Under the pieces are notes generated by a model. The model did no database searches, was not told the origin of the DNA, and saw only the letters and a program-made list of their open reading frames with translations. A program made the position numbers and the translations under genes. From Octopus vulgaris (Eukaryota), in assembly GCA_951406725.2 (NCBI GenBank), contig OX597814.1, positions 107,074,001-107,138,000 of the forward strand: DNA of 64,000 bases. Reading direction: 5' to 3'. Below are positions 1 through 13,400 of this stretch, piece by piece; the stretch's first letter is position 1; each line of letters begins with the position of its first letter.

Positions 1-141
1 TATGAGAGTGCATATTCTTTAGAGAGAAAGAGAGAGAGAGAGAGAAAAGTATGATGATGATGATGTAGTGGTGGTAGTGATGATGATGGCGGTGGTGGTG
101 GTGGCAATGATTTCTCTTAAACACCCACCCATTAAACTCAC

Positions 142-204
142 CTTGGCTGCCTCCACTGCTCTGTTCACATCCTCCTTTGTGGCCTTCGACACTTTACAGA
201 TCAC
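142..204 (-). CDS. ALDH1L1/ALDH1L2: ALDH1L exon 12 ([21 protein letters not shown])
   Basis: TTGTAG| acceptor, AAG|GTGAGT donor, 63 nt; DVxxAVxAA ALDH motif. Confidence 0.93.
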
Positions 205-3200
205 CTACAACAAACAATGAATATATTTCTCTTAATTAATACAATTCAAAGACAGCCCTAACGATCTTAAATACAATAGACAAGAACCAAGTAGGGTCCT
301 ACACACTGATACATTAGGCCATTAGTTTGCAAACAAATACCAGCCCCCTAACCCAACAATACATTTTCTTTCTTTCCTTTACTCGTTTCAGTCTGTGGCC
401 ATGCTGGGGCACCGCCTTAAAGGATTTTAGCTGAATGAATCAAACCCAGTTCTCAATTTCTTTTCTTAAGGTTCTTATTCTTTTGGTCTCCTGTGTAAAA
501 CCACTTGGCAACCAGTGTTGGTGTGTTTATGTCCCTTTAAGTTAGCAGTTGATAGAATAAGTACCAGGATGTAAACAAAAAATTAATAAAGGGGTTAATT
601 TGATTGACCAAAATCCTTCAAAGTGGTGCCCCAGCATGGTCATGGTCTAATGGCTGAAACAGTTAAGTATTTCGTTTTGGGATTTGGTTTGCAAGATTCT
701 TTACATGAGTTCGTGTGTTGAAGCATATACTGTTGTGTCTGGGGAGAGTCATTTTCTTTTTGTGCCTTATATAACACACTCACCGGTAAAATTTCCACTT
801 TTTTTTCTTATTTTTATTTTCCTAAAATTTTCATTGTGTCTTGCAACCTTTTCAATGGAGTCAAAATTATTGAAAAGTTTGCAAGATGCAACGAAAATTT
901 TAGGAAAATAAAAATAAGACAAAAGTGGAAATTTTACCGAGGAGTGTGTTACACTATAAAGCACGAAAAGAAAATTACTCTCCCCAGACACAAAACAAAA
1001 AAGAGAGCTCAGACATGAAAACAAAACTCACCGATTCGTCTGCTGGGTTGATAGTGTTGTAAGTGACACGATCGGAAGAATCAACAAACTCATTGTCGAT
1101 GAAACACTGATGAGGAAAGGTGATGTCCATATTGTTAACATGCAGTTTCACCTGGTGATGAACAAAAACATTTTTACCATTAAATAATTCCTTAAAAATA
1201 CAACAAAATTTCTTGAAGGAACAAACAAAATTTCTTAAAGGAACAAACAAATGTTGACTCCTCCTCATCATCATCAAAGAACACATTCTTTAGTGTTTTG
1301 GATCAGTTCAAGTAATGCCAGCATGCAAAGAAACCATTTTAGCAATGGTGGTGAACATTATGGTAACTGCAATGTAAAATGGTAAATATTGTTGGCTCCA
1401 GATCACTTACAGCATCAAATTCAAAAGGTTCTTCATCTGTGATTCCACGACTACGTAATATAATGTAATTGGACAGTTCTGCAAATGTGGTATTCATGTA
1501 GATGTGTTCATTCTCTAAAGCAACACCACCACATTTCTCTTTGATTTCTTCAACCAATCTAAAAAGTAACAACAACAATAAAGAAATATATTCCACAAAA
1601 ACAAATAAAGAAGGAAATAACACTTTTATTTATCTTCTGAATAAAGGAGTGTATGGAGATGTGTGTGTGTGTGTGTGTGTGTATTTTGAAAGGAAAAGAA
1701 TCAAAGTATGTATATGAATACACATACATGTAGGTACTTATGCAATATGTATAAGCACGTAATCTAATAGATATCCTGTGTATATGTGTATGTACAAAGA
1801 ATTAAATTGAAGAATTTATTAAAAATTACGGAGATGTACTTGCATAGCAGGTGACCTGATCTGAGATCGTGTCCTCGAACGAAAACAATTGCAGCGTGGA
1901 AGGTGTTTATAAGCCATTTAAGAAACACACAAAATCCGTTAGATTCACTTCAACATTTAAATTTAATTTGTCAAAATATTTTCGTTGCTTTGAGACAGCA
2001 ACCTGTTCACTGACAAAACTCTGTGCTGCACAGAGTTTTGTCAGTGAACAGGTCACAGTCTCAAAGCAACGAAAATATTTTGACAAATTAAATTTAAATA
2101 TTAAAAATTAACTAAGCTAAAACTAGAATAACTGACTATGAATCAAGTGTTATGTAGTTCCTTATGTATATAAATGGTCTGGTTCTGGTAGATTCATTGG
2201 TCTGGCAAGGAAGCACTAACTGAAGACCCTTTAAGCCATTGAATTGCTCGTCTTATGAATGTCTGAGGGGAGAAGGTGGTCCGATGACAAGAAACAATAA
2301 TATTCAGGTGAAATCTGTCAGAAGGTATTGAGTGCACCTCAAGAATTATAAGCTATGAAGCAAGGCACAAGAAGCCAGTGCCATTTTGAATGAGATCTCG
2401 CCAGTAGCCATTGCCATGTCTGAGAAAAGAACGAGATCTTGCCTGCAACCATTTGCCATGCACGAGACGACAACGAGATTCTCGCCAGCAACCAGTATTT
2501 AAGCAAGAAACCAATGATTTTCTCTCTCTCATTCCTTCCCATGCTTATGATGAGAAACACTGCAAAGCCAGCAACTCACAGCAGACTCTTGTCCCGTTTC
2601 TAACTCCACATGCTTATCTCCAGAGGAAACGAACCTCACATGTATAGAGTTAAGACACACCATGCACTGCCATAAAGATGGTCACTGAGAGCAAACCACA
2701 TGAACGAGAACTCTGTAAATAAATAGCTATTGGATTGTACTCCGCTTGTGAACTTCTTCTTCATGTTCCAGATTCTTGAAACTACAAAAATAATTCTAAT
2801 GGGAGAAGGAGATACTCCACAGGTATCATAAACCTTCCGTTCCATTGTAGCTATATTCTCTATTTTACTAACACCCTTGGAAAAGCACAAGGGCCACAAC
2901 ATTACTAGGGCTGCCTCCTTGTTGATGTACAAGTCTGATTATGAATGGTTAACTAATTAGAGAAATTAGGTTGCGTGGTAAGAAGCTTCCTTCCCAACCA
3001 CATGATTCCAGGTTCAGTCCCACTGCATGGCATCTTGGGCAAATATCTTCTACCATAGCGTTGAGCTGACCAAAGCCTTGTGAGTGGATTTGGTAGATGG
3101 AAACTGAAAGAAGCTTGTTATGTGTGTGTTTGTCATTGTCATCCTTAGTGGTTTGGCAAATAGAGACTTATAGAATAGGTACTGGATATGAAAGAAAAGA

Positions 3201-6200
3201 AAGTAGTGGAGGGGGGTCGATTCATGTGACTAAAGTTTTTCAAGGTGGTGCCCCAGCATGGTCGTAGTCTAATGACTGAAGCGAAATAAAATATAAAAAA
3301 ATAATTGTAGATCAGACTGGAGCCTGGTGCAGCCTCCTGGCTTCCCAGACCCCAGTCGAACCATCCAACCCATGCCAGCATGGAAAACGGACGTTAAACG
3401 ATGATGATGATGATGAATTGATGAAATGAGATAAAGGAATGTTCCAAGGATTATTTACCTCACAACATCCATGGAACCGGCTCCAGCTTTGAAGAAGTCT
3501 GTTGTATCTTCGATTTCTATATTTAATATAGCTTTCCAAATTTCCTGGAAAATAAAATTAAAAAAATAAAATAAAAACAAAAGTGTTTTCAGATCAAAAA
3601 TGTTTAAAATGAATGCGTTTGGCAGGGTGGGGGTGAGAAAGAAGGCAAAAGAAAGAGGGTTAGGGTGGGGTGGGGGATTTGGTGGTCGTGGTGATGGTAG
3701 TAGTGGTAGTAGCAATATCAGCAGCAGGAGTGGTGGTGGTGGTAGAAAAGGTAGAGAGAGAATACTGTGTAAGTCTAAGCTAGAGAGTAGTAGTAGTAGG
3801 AAGAGGAGGAGTCGCAGTAGGAGGAGTAGGAGTAGAAGTGGTGGTGGTGGTAAATGAGAGAGCGAGAGAATCTGTATGCCAGAGGTTGTATTGTAGTGGT
3901 CACTGAATCTTTTTGGTGGTCATTATAGTAAGCAGAAGGGATAGAAGAGAAGACGGCATCGTTTAGTGGTCCAGCGGTGTGGTTGCAGATCGGTGAGCGA
4001 GTCTTAGATGAGGTCATTGTAGCAACAATAAAAGAGTTAGAAAAAGAGAGAAGAGACAGTGGTGCTATCTGTGGGCCAGAGGTTGGATTGTTTTGGTGAG
4101 TCTTTACTAATCCTCTGGATGATTCTGTTTTAGATACAGTCCAAAATGGTTCGAGGAAATTTCACTGTAGGAAAGTTTTTGCCATAGGAAAATTCACCAG
4201 AAATCTCATCATCATCATCATCGTTTAACGTCTGCTTTCCATGCTAGCATGGGTTGGACGATTTGACTGAGGGCTGGTGAACCAGATGGCTGCACCAGAC
4301 TCCAATCAGATCTGGCAGAGTTTCTACAGCTGGATGCCCTTCCTAACGCCAACCACTCCGAGAGTGTAGTGGGTGCTTTTATGTGCCACCGGCATGGGGG
4401 ACACTCAGGCGGTATTGGCAATGACCTTGGTCGAATCTTTTTACACATGCCACCAACACAGGTGCCAGTAAGGCGATGCTGGTAACGATCACACTCGAAT
4501 GGTGTCTTTTACATGCCACCATAAAAGACACCATTTCACTGTAAGAAATTTCACCACTAGAAATTTTGCTGTAGGAAAATCTTTGCCTGCATCTGTAATG
4601 CTCTTCTTTATTGCAAGAAATATGGTGACAAAACCTTGAGTTGATCCTTTGTTGGATCACATGGAGAAGTCTTCAAGAATGTTTACCGAATCTCTTAATT
4701 TAGAGAAGGGTGAGAGGGCAGAGGTGGTGGTGGGGTATTTGTTACTTTACCTTGAGGTTTGACTCCATAGAAACTTCTTCTGCTGTCAGTTCTAATTTCT
4801 CTGCTGAATCGTCAACTTTACCATATTTGGAAGCTTTGATCATCTTGCCACTGGCCAGTTGCAGCTGGGAGACATTCACCTGGAAAAGAAGCAGGGTTTA
4901 GAAATGGTAGTAATGTTTGCAGAAGGGTCTACTAAAACAGTGGTTCTCAACTGGGGTCCATATTACATTTTGTGGGATCTGTGCAAGAAAATTGGTAAAT
5001 TGGGGATCTACAATTAATATTTTAAGGGTCGATAAAAAATTTTGATTTAGATGTATTTGTTGCAAGAAAACAAAAAAAAAAAAGTTTCTTTCTGTAATGT
5101 TTTACGTAGTCCAACCTCTGCAAAGGAAATGTATGATCAACAAAATAGGAATTTTGAAAGAAGAATCTATAAAACGGTTAGCAGGGGTGGGGGACGGGGG
5201 GGGGGGTCACTAAAATTAAATAGTAATCAAAGGGGTCCTTAGATAAAACAAATGGTTGAGAACCATTGGTCTAGAGGAATAATATGAACAAATAAAAGAG
5301 AAAACATTCTGTTAGGACAAGTGTGAAAATACGGCTGACATGAAAACCAAATGTTGAGGTTGGTTCCAATATTCTTAGTGTAATAAACCAAGAAATATTA
5401 ATTAACTAGCTGAGGAACCCGGTAATAAATTACCATTAATATGATGTCTGTTTATAGCCTTGAAACATTTTTCATCAAATTTTGACATTTTTCAAAAATT
5501 TTAAATCTATATTTGACAAAAAAATAGCAGAGTCTGGTAGCGAATCCGTGTTGTCGTCATTTTTGTGCATGTGCGTAAAATGGTGAAATTTTACACTTTG
5601 GGGCAGATTTTGTCAAACTGATGTCATGACAGATGGTGCACAAAATGCCTAAATTTTCCTTAAGAAATAAAATGGTCCTACTTAAGCAAAACCTGAAATG
5701 CTGGGGAATTAAAACAACAAATTGAAATAATAAGTTTTAGCAAATCAAAACAATTTGCATTGAAATGAAAAATTAGCAAATGCTAATGAGATTACCATTA
5801 ATAAGCTGTCTGTTTATACCCATGAAACATTTTTCGTCAAATTTCATCATTTTTCGTTAAATTGATGTCACGATGGCCAGTGTGAAAAATGCCAAAATTT
5901 TACGATTAATGAAAGATTGATGCTGATTAAATATCGATTTTTAAAAAATTCCAAGTGCATAAGTGACCGCATGGGCATAAGCCCCACACACATGTCAAGT
6001 TTCATCAAAGTCTGTTAGATAGTCTTGGAGGAGTTAAGGTAACAAATCCACAAACACACAAACTTGCCATTTATTATTACAGATTGTTACACAAGATGAA
6101 GAAAAAGACTAATTAGTTTAATAATAAATTCTGTTCGCAAATACCAAGAGGAATAAATTTGTAAATTGGTAAAGACCGAACAAATCTTAAATTTTGTTAC

Positions 6201-7405
6201 AAATTTATCTCCAGGAATATTCCAAAATATAAACTTGCTTACCATTTTATTATCATTTCCGAAAAGAATCATTCCATTTTTATGTACAATGGCTGGCTTG
6301 GAACATCCTTCAATGGCAACTTCAGTTCCTCGTGGCACTAACCGATTCCATAATTTTGAACCACTGAAAGTAACTTGCTGTAAATAAAGGGCATATATTT
6401 ATATATACATGATCATTATATATATATATATATAAGTTCAGCAAAATTTCGATTCAGATGAATATGGTACTTAAGTTAAAGGCACCAGAATTTTGTATGG
6501 TATTATCCATATAAATCAAATGGGGTGATTATAATCAAAATAAGCAACAAGGATATCCAAGGTAGTGTTGTACAATTGTTTCATGCTACTTCATTTTATT
6601 AAACACTGTCCATTTAATTAAAAAATTTTATATGTGGCTGAAGATTGCTCGACATTTTAAAACTGATGTAATACTTACAGTGTTTAATAAAATGAAGTAG
6701 CATGAAACAGTTGTACTACACTACCTTGGATATCCTTGTTGCTTATTTTGATTATATATATATATATAATTTAAAGTAAACAGAAAATGGAGAAATATTG
6801 ATCAACAACAACTGACTTACATCAATTATTATTTTTTTAATTCAATACAAATAGCTTGCATATGGGATGCAGTTTATTTGTATTGAATTAGAAAGTAACA
6901 GTTGATGTAAGTCAATTGTTGCTGATCAATATTTCTCCATTTTCTGTTTACTTTAAATCTGATTCCTGATAAACTCATGTTTATCTTTGTCTTCACCTGT
7001 AATCTATGAACATAATATGCTTGCATATGTATGTCCAGGGTTAACATAGTTAATTATACCAGTAGCATAACAGATACTTTACTTTTATCCCTTAAACGGT
7101 TATTCCAACCTCTAACTCTACTAACCTTATATATATATATAAAAATCTAAATAGAGGTTAAAATAGCCACCTTAAGGGATGGAAAATATTTAATGAATTA
7201 CTAGTTTGTTACCTATTATTTTGTTGTGAATAGTAATATTCCTAAAATAATAGGCTTAAGTATAAAACTTTGTTAAAAAAATATTCAAATTAAAATCCAG
7301 AAAATGGAGTAGCAGCAGTAATATAATTTATTAACATGTTGAATTTTTGCAGTTAATAAATTATATTAACTCTATTTCTCCATTTTCTGGATTTTAATTT
7401 GTATA

Positions 7406-7460
<55 letters not shown>

Positions 7461-10400
7461 AGTGAAGAAAACATATTACATATACAACCTGCACACACAT
7501 GCACACATGTAAAATGTGGTGTTAGGATCGTCCCGACATCTGTTCCATAGGCACACCAGAATACTGTTGGAACATTCCAATAAAAACAGCAACCCCAATG
7601 TAAGCAAAACGGGCCAGACATTGTCTTACAGCACAGGGAACAAAAGTCATGCACCATTGTAGAGATCAGCTGCTTAGCATCCAACCCACGACAGCCCTTT
7701 AAATACCAACCCACCTGAGACCACCATCCCTGATTCTATAATACAAATTTCCCATTTTAAAATGACCTATATCAAAACTTTTCATCAAAATTTTGCGTTA
7801 ATTTATGTTCCAAACACCGGATTCTTAATGACAAACTTGTTTTACTGGATTATTTTTAAAAAAATTAATTGAAAAAAAGGAATCAGAGTAGTTCAACAGA
7901 AATATGGTAACAAAAGGGTTAAAGTGATCTAAATTAAAATGGTTCATCAAAGTTTCATGTTAATTTAAGTTCCAGACACTAACTCAATTATTTATAACAA
8001 AGTTTTTTTTTACTAAATTCTTTGTTATTTCAAAATTAATTGAAACAAAGCAGTGTATTTTAACAGAAATATGGTAACAAAGGGGTTAAAGTGATCCAAA
8101 TTAAAATTGCCAAAACGAATAATAATTCCATATTATCAACATTCCACCCAACAGTTATCTTTTATCATTTACATTTTGTGTTTATATATTTTAAATACCC
8201 TGACCTCTTTCAAACATTTCTATTGTAAAACAATTTCAAACTTCTGTCGTGTGTGGGTGGGTGGTAGGAGATGGAATTGTCACTTGTCCCAAATCAAATT
8301 CTGTGGAGTACTTTGTCTGTCAAAGGCTCACGCCATTCATTAACCTTAGCTCTCATTATCTATTCTCATCACATGATTATAATCAGTCTTTTGTTGCTTT
8401 ATCTTCACAGAAGAGATTAACTAAATTCACTCCTAAGGTCACAAGATATTTTCAACAGGTCCTTTGTCTTCCATTTCTCATTTTGTATTCACAGCAGACA
8501 TTCTAATAAAACACAACAAATGCCCCTTTTCAAAACATCCAGTTTTAAAAGCAGGTGAGTCACTGGAGTGCCAAACTAGTGGCAATGTGACCAATAGCTG
8601 TGACATTGGCTCAGTGTGCATAGCTGAAAAAGATAGCATGGAGTATGATTGGTTAATTAGAGTCCTAATTAATTAATTATAGCACTATTTTATGCCAAAT
8701 ATTGGACTCAATATGTGTAATGACAGCTAGTAAAAACAGTTGGTGATTTTAGCTAAAGGAGTCTCTATGTGATTGTTAACCAAAGCTGCAGGAAATAGCA
8801 ACCAAATTTCCCTCAAATTACATCCTACTATCTTCAAAAAGAAAGGTTACATTAGATATATTGTGTCTGAAAAATCAACAACTATAAATACGAATAACAC
8901 CAGCAAAAGAATGAATGAGAAACACAATCCAATGAACAAACACAGACACTGAACCATACACCAAAGGATATAAATACATCACCAATATCAAGTTCTGGCC
9001 TGAAGAACACACACACACACACACAATAAGTTTCCATACAGTTCTCATCCATTTCTAATAAGTCAAACTAAGTCTATAACAAGACACTTAGATACTTGTC
9101 CCTGCTGCCATGCAGTGGGATTGAACTTAGAACTATGTGCTTGCAAAACACACTTCTTAACCAGTCACACCTGCACCCATTTTACTTAAAACATGGAAAG
9201 CAATGAGGCCAACCAAAGTTACATGTACTAGAAGACACAACAATATGAAATTGAAGTCATCCAGGGGTGACCCTCTCACCTGTGTCATCTCTATAATCTA
9301 AGTTTTCTAGTTGTGGTACCTTTATAATCCAAGTCTTCCAGGGGTGACCCTGTGATCCAAGCCTTGTTGTGATGACTTCTAGGACGGATGTTTTCTAGCA
9401 ATCCCTTCCTAATGCCATAAGTCTTCTAGTGATCCCTCCTCGATGCCGTAAGTCTTCTAGCGATCCCTCCTCGATGCCGTAAGTCTTCTAGCGATCCCAT
9501 CTCGATGCCGTAAGTCTTCTAGCGATCCCTCCTCGATGCCGTAAGTCTTCTAGCGATCCCTCCCCGATGCCGTAAGTCTTCTAGCGATCCCTCCCCGATG
9601 CCTTAAGTCTTCTAGTGATCCCTCCCCAATGCCTTAAGTCTTCTAGCGGTCCCTTCCTAATGCCATAAGTCTTCTAGCGATCCCTCCCCGATGCCTTAAG
9701 TCTTCTAGTGATCCCTCCCCAATGCCTTAAGTCTTCTAGCGATCCCTCCCCAATGCCTTAAGTCTTCTAGCGATCCCTCCCCGATGCCTTAAGTCTTCTA
9801 GTGATCCCTCCCCGATGCCTTAAGTCTTCTAGCGATCCCTCCCCGATGCTGTAAGTCTTCTAGTGACAATTTCACAGCCTAATTCTTCCTGTGGACTTCT
9901 ATGACCTCAATCTTCTACTGATGACCTTGTGACATAAGTCTCCATGGGTGTGGGGGTCACCTAATATATATCATACATGTCAGAATTCACTTTCTCATTA
10001 AGTTTTATAGACCTACCTGTCCATCAATCGTGGCCCAAGCTCCAGGAACTTTGTCATTACCTCGAATATAATTATGGATAGCTTCTGCTGGTTGATCGCA
10101 GTTTATCTGAAATAGAAAGACAGCTGATTATTTCTTTTAAGCTAAAGACCAAATGTCTATAATGTTTACTGGATTCCTTGTAATCAGTGAGAATCCATCA
10201 AAGAGTGATTCACACTCTAATATCTTGGAAAAGTAAAAGTGTTTATACTTGAATATATTAATTTCAAAGTTTGGCAAAAGGCCAGCACTTTGATGGGAGG
10301 GGGTAAGTTGAGTCCATCAACCGCAGTATTTGACTGGCATTTATTTTACCAACTCCAAAGGAACGAAAAACAAAACTCAACCTCAATGGAATTTGAACTC

Positions 10401-13400
10401 AGAACATAAAGACAGACAAAATGCCACAAAGCATTTTGCTCAGCATGCTAACAGTTCTGCCAGCTCACCATCACAACAACAACAACAATAATAATTAGTG
10501 TCAAAAATTTTATAAACTTTCAAGAGAAAATGAAATAATTGTTGTTTTTTGTTTTTTTTTGAAATGGTGAATCTCAATAATAGGATATAAATATTTGGTT
10601 GAAGATAACATCCCCTTCTGCTCTCCAAAAAATGATATTTAGAAAAGAAATTCTTACTTTAACAAGGGATTTTTTCAAAAGTGCTTCATAACTTGCTCCT
10701 TCTTCTGGCTGAATAATTTTAGGGGCCCGGTTTTCAGAAATGAGTTTCACAGCATAGTCCTAGGAAAATTTAGATGAAAAGAAATTTAAAAAAACACAAA
10801 AAAAAAAAACATGAGATTTCAACAGAACAGACAGAAAAAATAATGAAAGGGAAATCATCATCATCATCATCATTTAACGTCCGTTTTCCATGCTGGCATG
10901 GGTTGAACGGTTCGATTGGGATCTCGGAAGTCAAGAGGCTGCACCAGGCTCCAGTCTGATCTGAGAAGGTTTCTACAGCTGGATGCCCTTCCTAACGCCA
11001 ACCACTCCAAGAGTGTAGTGGGTGCTTTTTACATGCCACCGGCACAGGGGCCAGAGTGGGCTGGCATTGACCACGATTGGATGGTGCTTTTTATGTGCCA
11101 CCAGCATGGGAGCCAGTCAAGGTGGTGCTGGCATTGGCCACGTTCGGATGGTGCCTTTTATGTGCCAGCAGCACAGGAGCTGGTCGGGGCAAGGGGGCTA
11201 GCATCAACCACGTTCAGATGGTGCTTTTTACGTGCCACCAGCACGGGGACCACAACTACAATTTCCACTTGATTGTGATTTGATTTCATTTTAATTATAT
11301 AATTAACATTTAATTATATAATTAAATGTTAATTGATAAATAAGACTAAACTGAGTCCTTGCTACACTGTTTTGTCTCCATTTTTTGAAGGTGACTTGAT
11401 TGAAAGGGGTGAATAGAGAGAGAGAGAGTGAGGATAGAAAATGAACAAGGATGAAGGAGTGGTGAAAATGAGTGTATGAGAAACAGAGCGGTTGGTCTGA
11501 GAGGGTGACAGAGGAGTGAGTTATGGAAGAGAGAATGATGACAGAGAGTAATAGAGAGAGGGGAAGTGATGGTATGGAGTAATGGGAGAGAGATAATGAT
11601 GTCAGGGAGTAATGAAAGAATTGCAATGAAGATAGGAAGTAATGAGAAACAGTGTAATGGAAGAGAGACAATGATAGGAGGAGTCTGTGGGAAACGGACA
11701 GTGATGGTGGTTACACGTTTTCTAGGAAGAGAGAAAGCAAGTGATGGATAGTGATAGAGATAGGGAATAGTAAGAAAGGATGATGGATAGCAATCACAAG
11801 GAACCCAGGAGAGAGTGAGTAATGGCTAGCTGTATAGAAGAATAGTATGTCAGATGGAAACAGTGTATTTGTAAAAAGGAGAGAGATGAATGATAGGGAG
11901 ATGAGAGGTTATCAAAGAGACTGGGAGTGGAAGGAAATGGAGACCTCAAAAGAAAAAGAAATGTACTAAAACCCAGATGTAGAAATATTAAACAGTGCAG
12001 CCTCCATTGGTACCATCATTTTGATGCTTTTTTTAATCCTAAAATGCAAAATTTTATACTAAAATGCAAATAGTGGCTTGAGTAAATTGATTATCGCTTG
12101 AACGGAAACAAACTGAGATCAGGGATATTTCTTTGGTCTTGCTTAGGGCATGACAACCTCTCTAATACTGGAGTCATAACTGCTGGAGTCAAAATATTAT
12201 TAGTAGTTGGTGGTTAGGAAGGACATCCAGCTGTAGAAATCATTCAAAAGCAAACATTGGCACATGTTGAAGTCTTTGGACCCATCAAACCATCCAACTA
12301 ATGCCAATGCATCAACATAAATGATGATGATGATGATGATATAAGATTTTTTTTCATATTTACCATGGCTTTAATTCCTTCTGGAAAGAGAAATCGGTTG
12401 TATAAAGTTTCCACTGTGTCATCAGGGGTGATGTAGGTATGTCGCTGTAAGAGGATCGGTCCTGTGTCAAGCCCATCGTCAGCCCAGAAGATTGTAAAAC
12501 CAGTTTTTGTATCTCCTTCAATCAAAGACCTACAAAGGAAGAATTTAACAGCAAATAAGCTTTGATTTGAAGACACTTTAATGTGGTCAGACAACAGACC
12601 TTACAGGGCTCTTCAAAGTGGAATGGTACTGATCCCTGGATATGCAAGAAGAATTTACATGGGAATAGGAGACAAAAAGAGAGTGACAAATGCATTTGTA
12701 GAGGAGTTCTTTTGTCCCCTATTTAATCTTTTTTGTCCCCTATTTAAACTTTTTTTGTCCCCTATTTAATCTTTTTTGTCCCCTATTTAAACTTTTTATC
12801 TTTTGTTTCAATCATATTACTGTGACCATACTGAGGCACCACCTTGAAGGATCATAGGTGAATGAATTGACCCCGGGACCTTGTTTTGAACCTGGTATAC
12901 ATTACGTCAGTCTCTCTTGCTAAACTGCTAAGTTACAGGAACATAAACAAACCAACTCTATTTGTAAAGTGGTGGTGGAGACAAACACAAAGACACATAC
13001 ATACACACGCATATATACAACAGGCTTCTTTCAGTTTCCATCTACCAAATTCACTCACAAGGCTTTGGTCAACCTGAGGCTATAGTAGAAGACACTTGCC
13101 GAAGGTGTCATGCAGTGGGACTGAACCTGGAACCATGTGGTTGAGAAGCAAGCCCCTTATCACACAGCCATGTCTGCAGTGGTTGTTTTTATTGCCTGTG
13201 CGTGCATGCATGTAATATAGCATGTAGTTTACATCTAATGCACAAAATGTGTGTATATTTTATGGCAACGTAATGTGTGACAATTTTTATTACACACAAC
13301 TTAATAAACCCTTTACAAAACTGTTTAATGTTTACATTCTTTTACAATCACTGATGCCAATGGCTGTCCATAAAAGAAATTTGCTCCATTCTACAGTGTC

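Noticed and set aside
684-1024. Similar peptides on both strands as overlapping genes
   Set aside because: This is a by-product of the inverted repeat.
9390-9866. CRISPR array or coding repeat
   Set aside because: The units are contiguous with no unique spacers, there are no cas genes, the context is a eukaryotic intron, and 31 nt is not a multiple of three.
10916-11283. Recurring [12 protein letters not shown] ORFs as a small protein family
   Set aside because: They are antisense translations of a dispersed RTE-tail repeat, and the frames are not conserved between copies.
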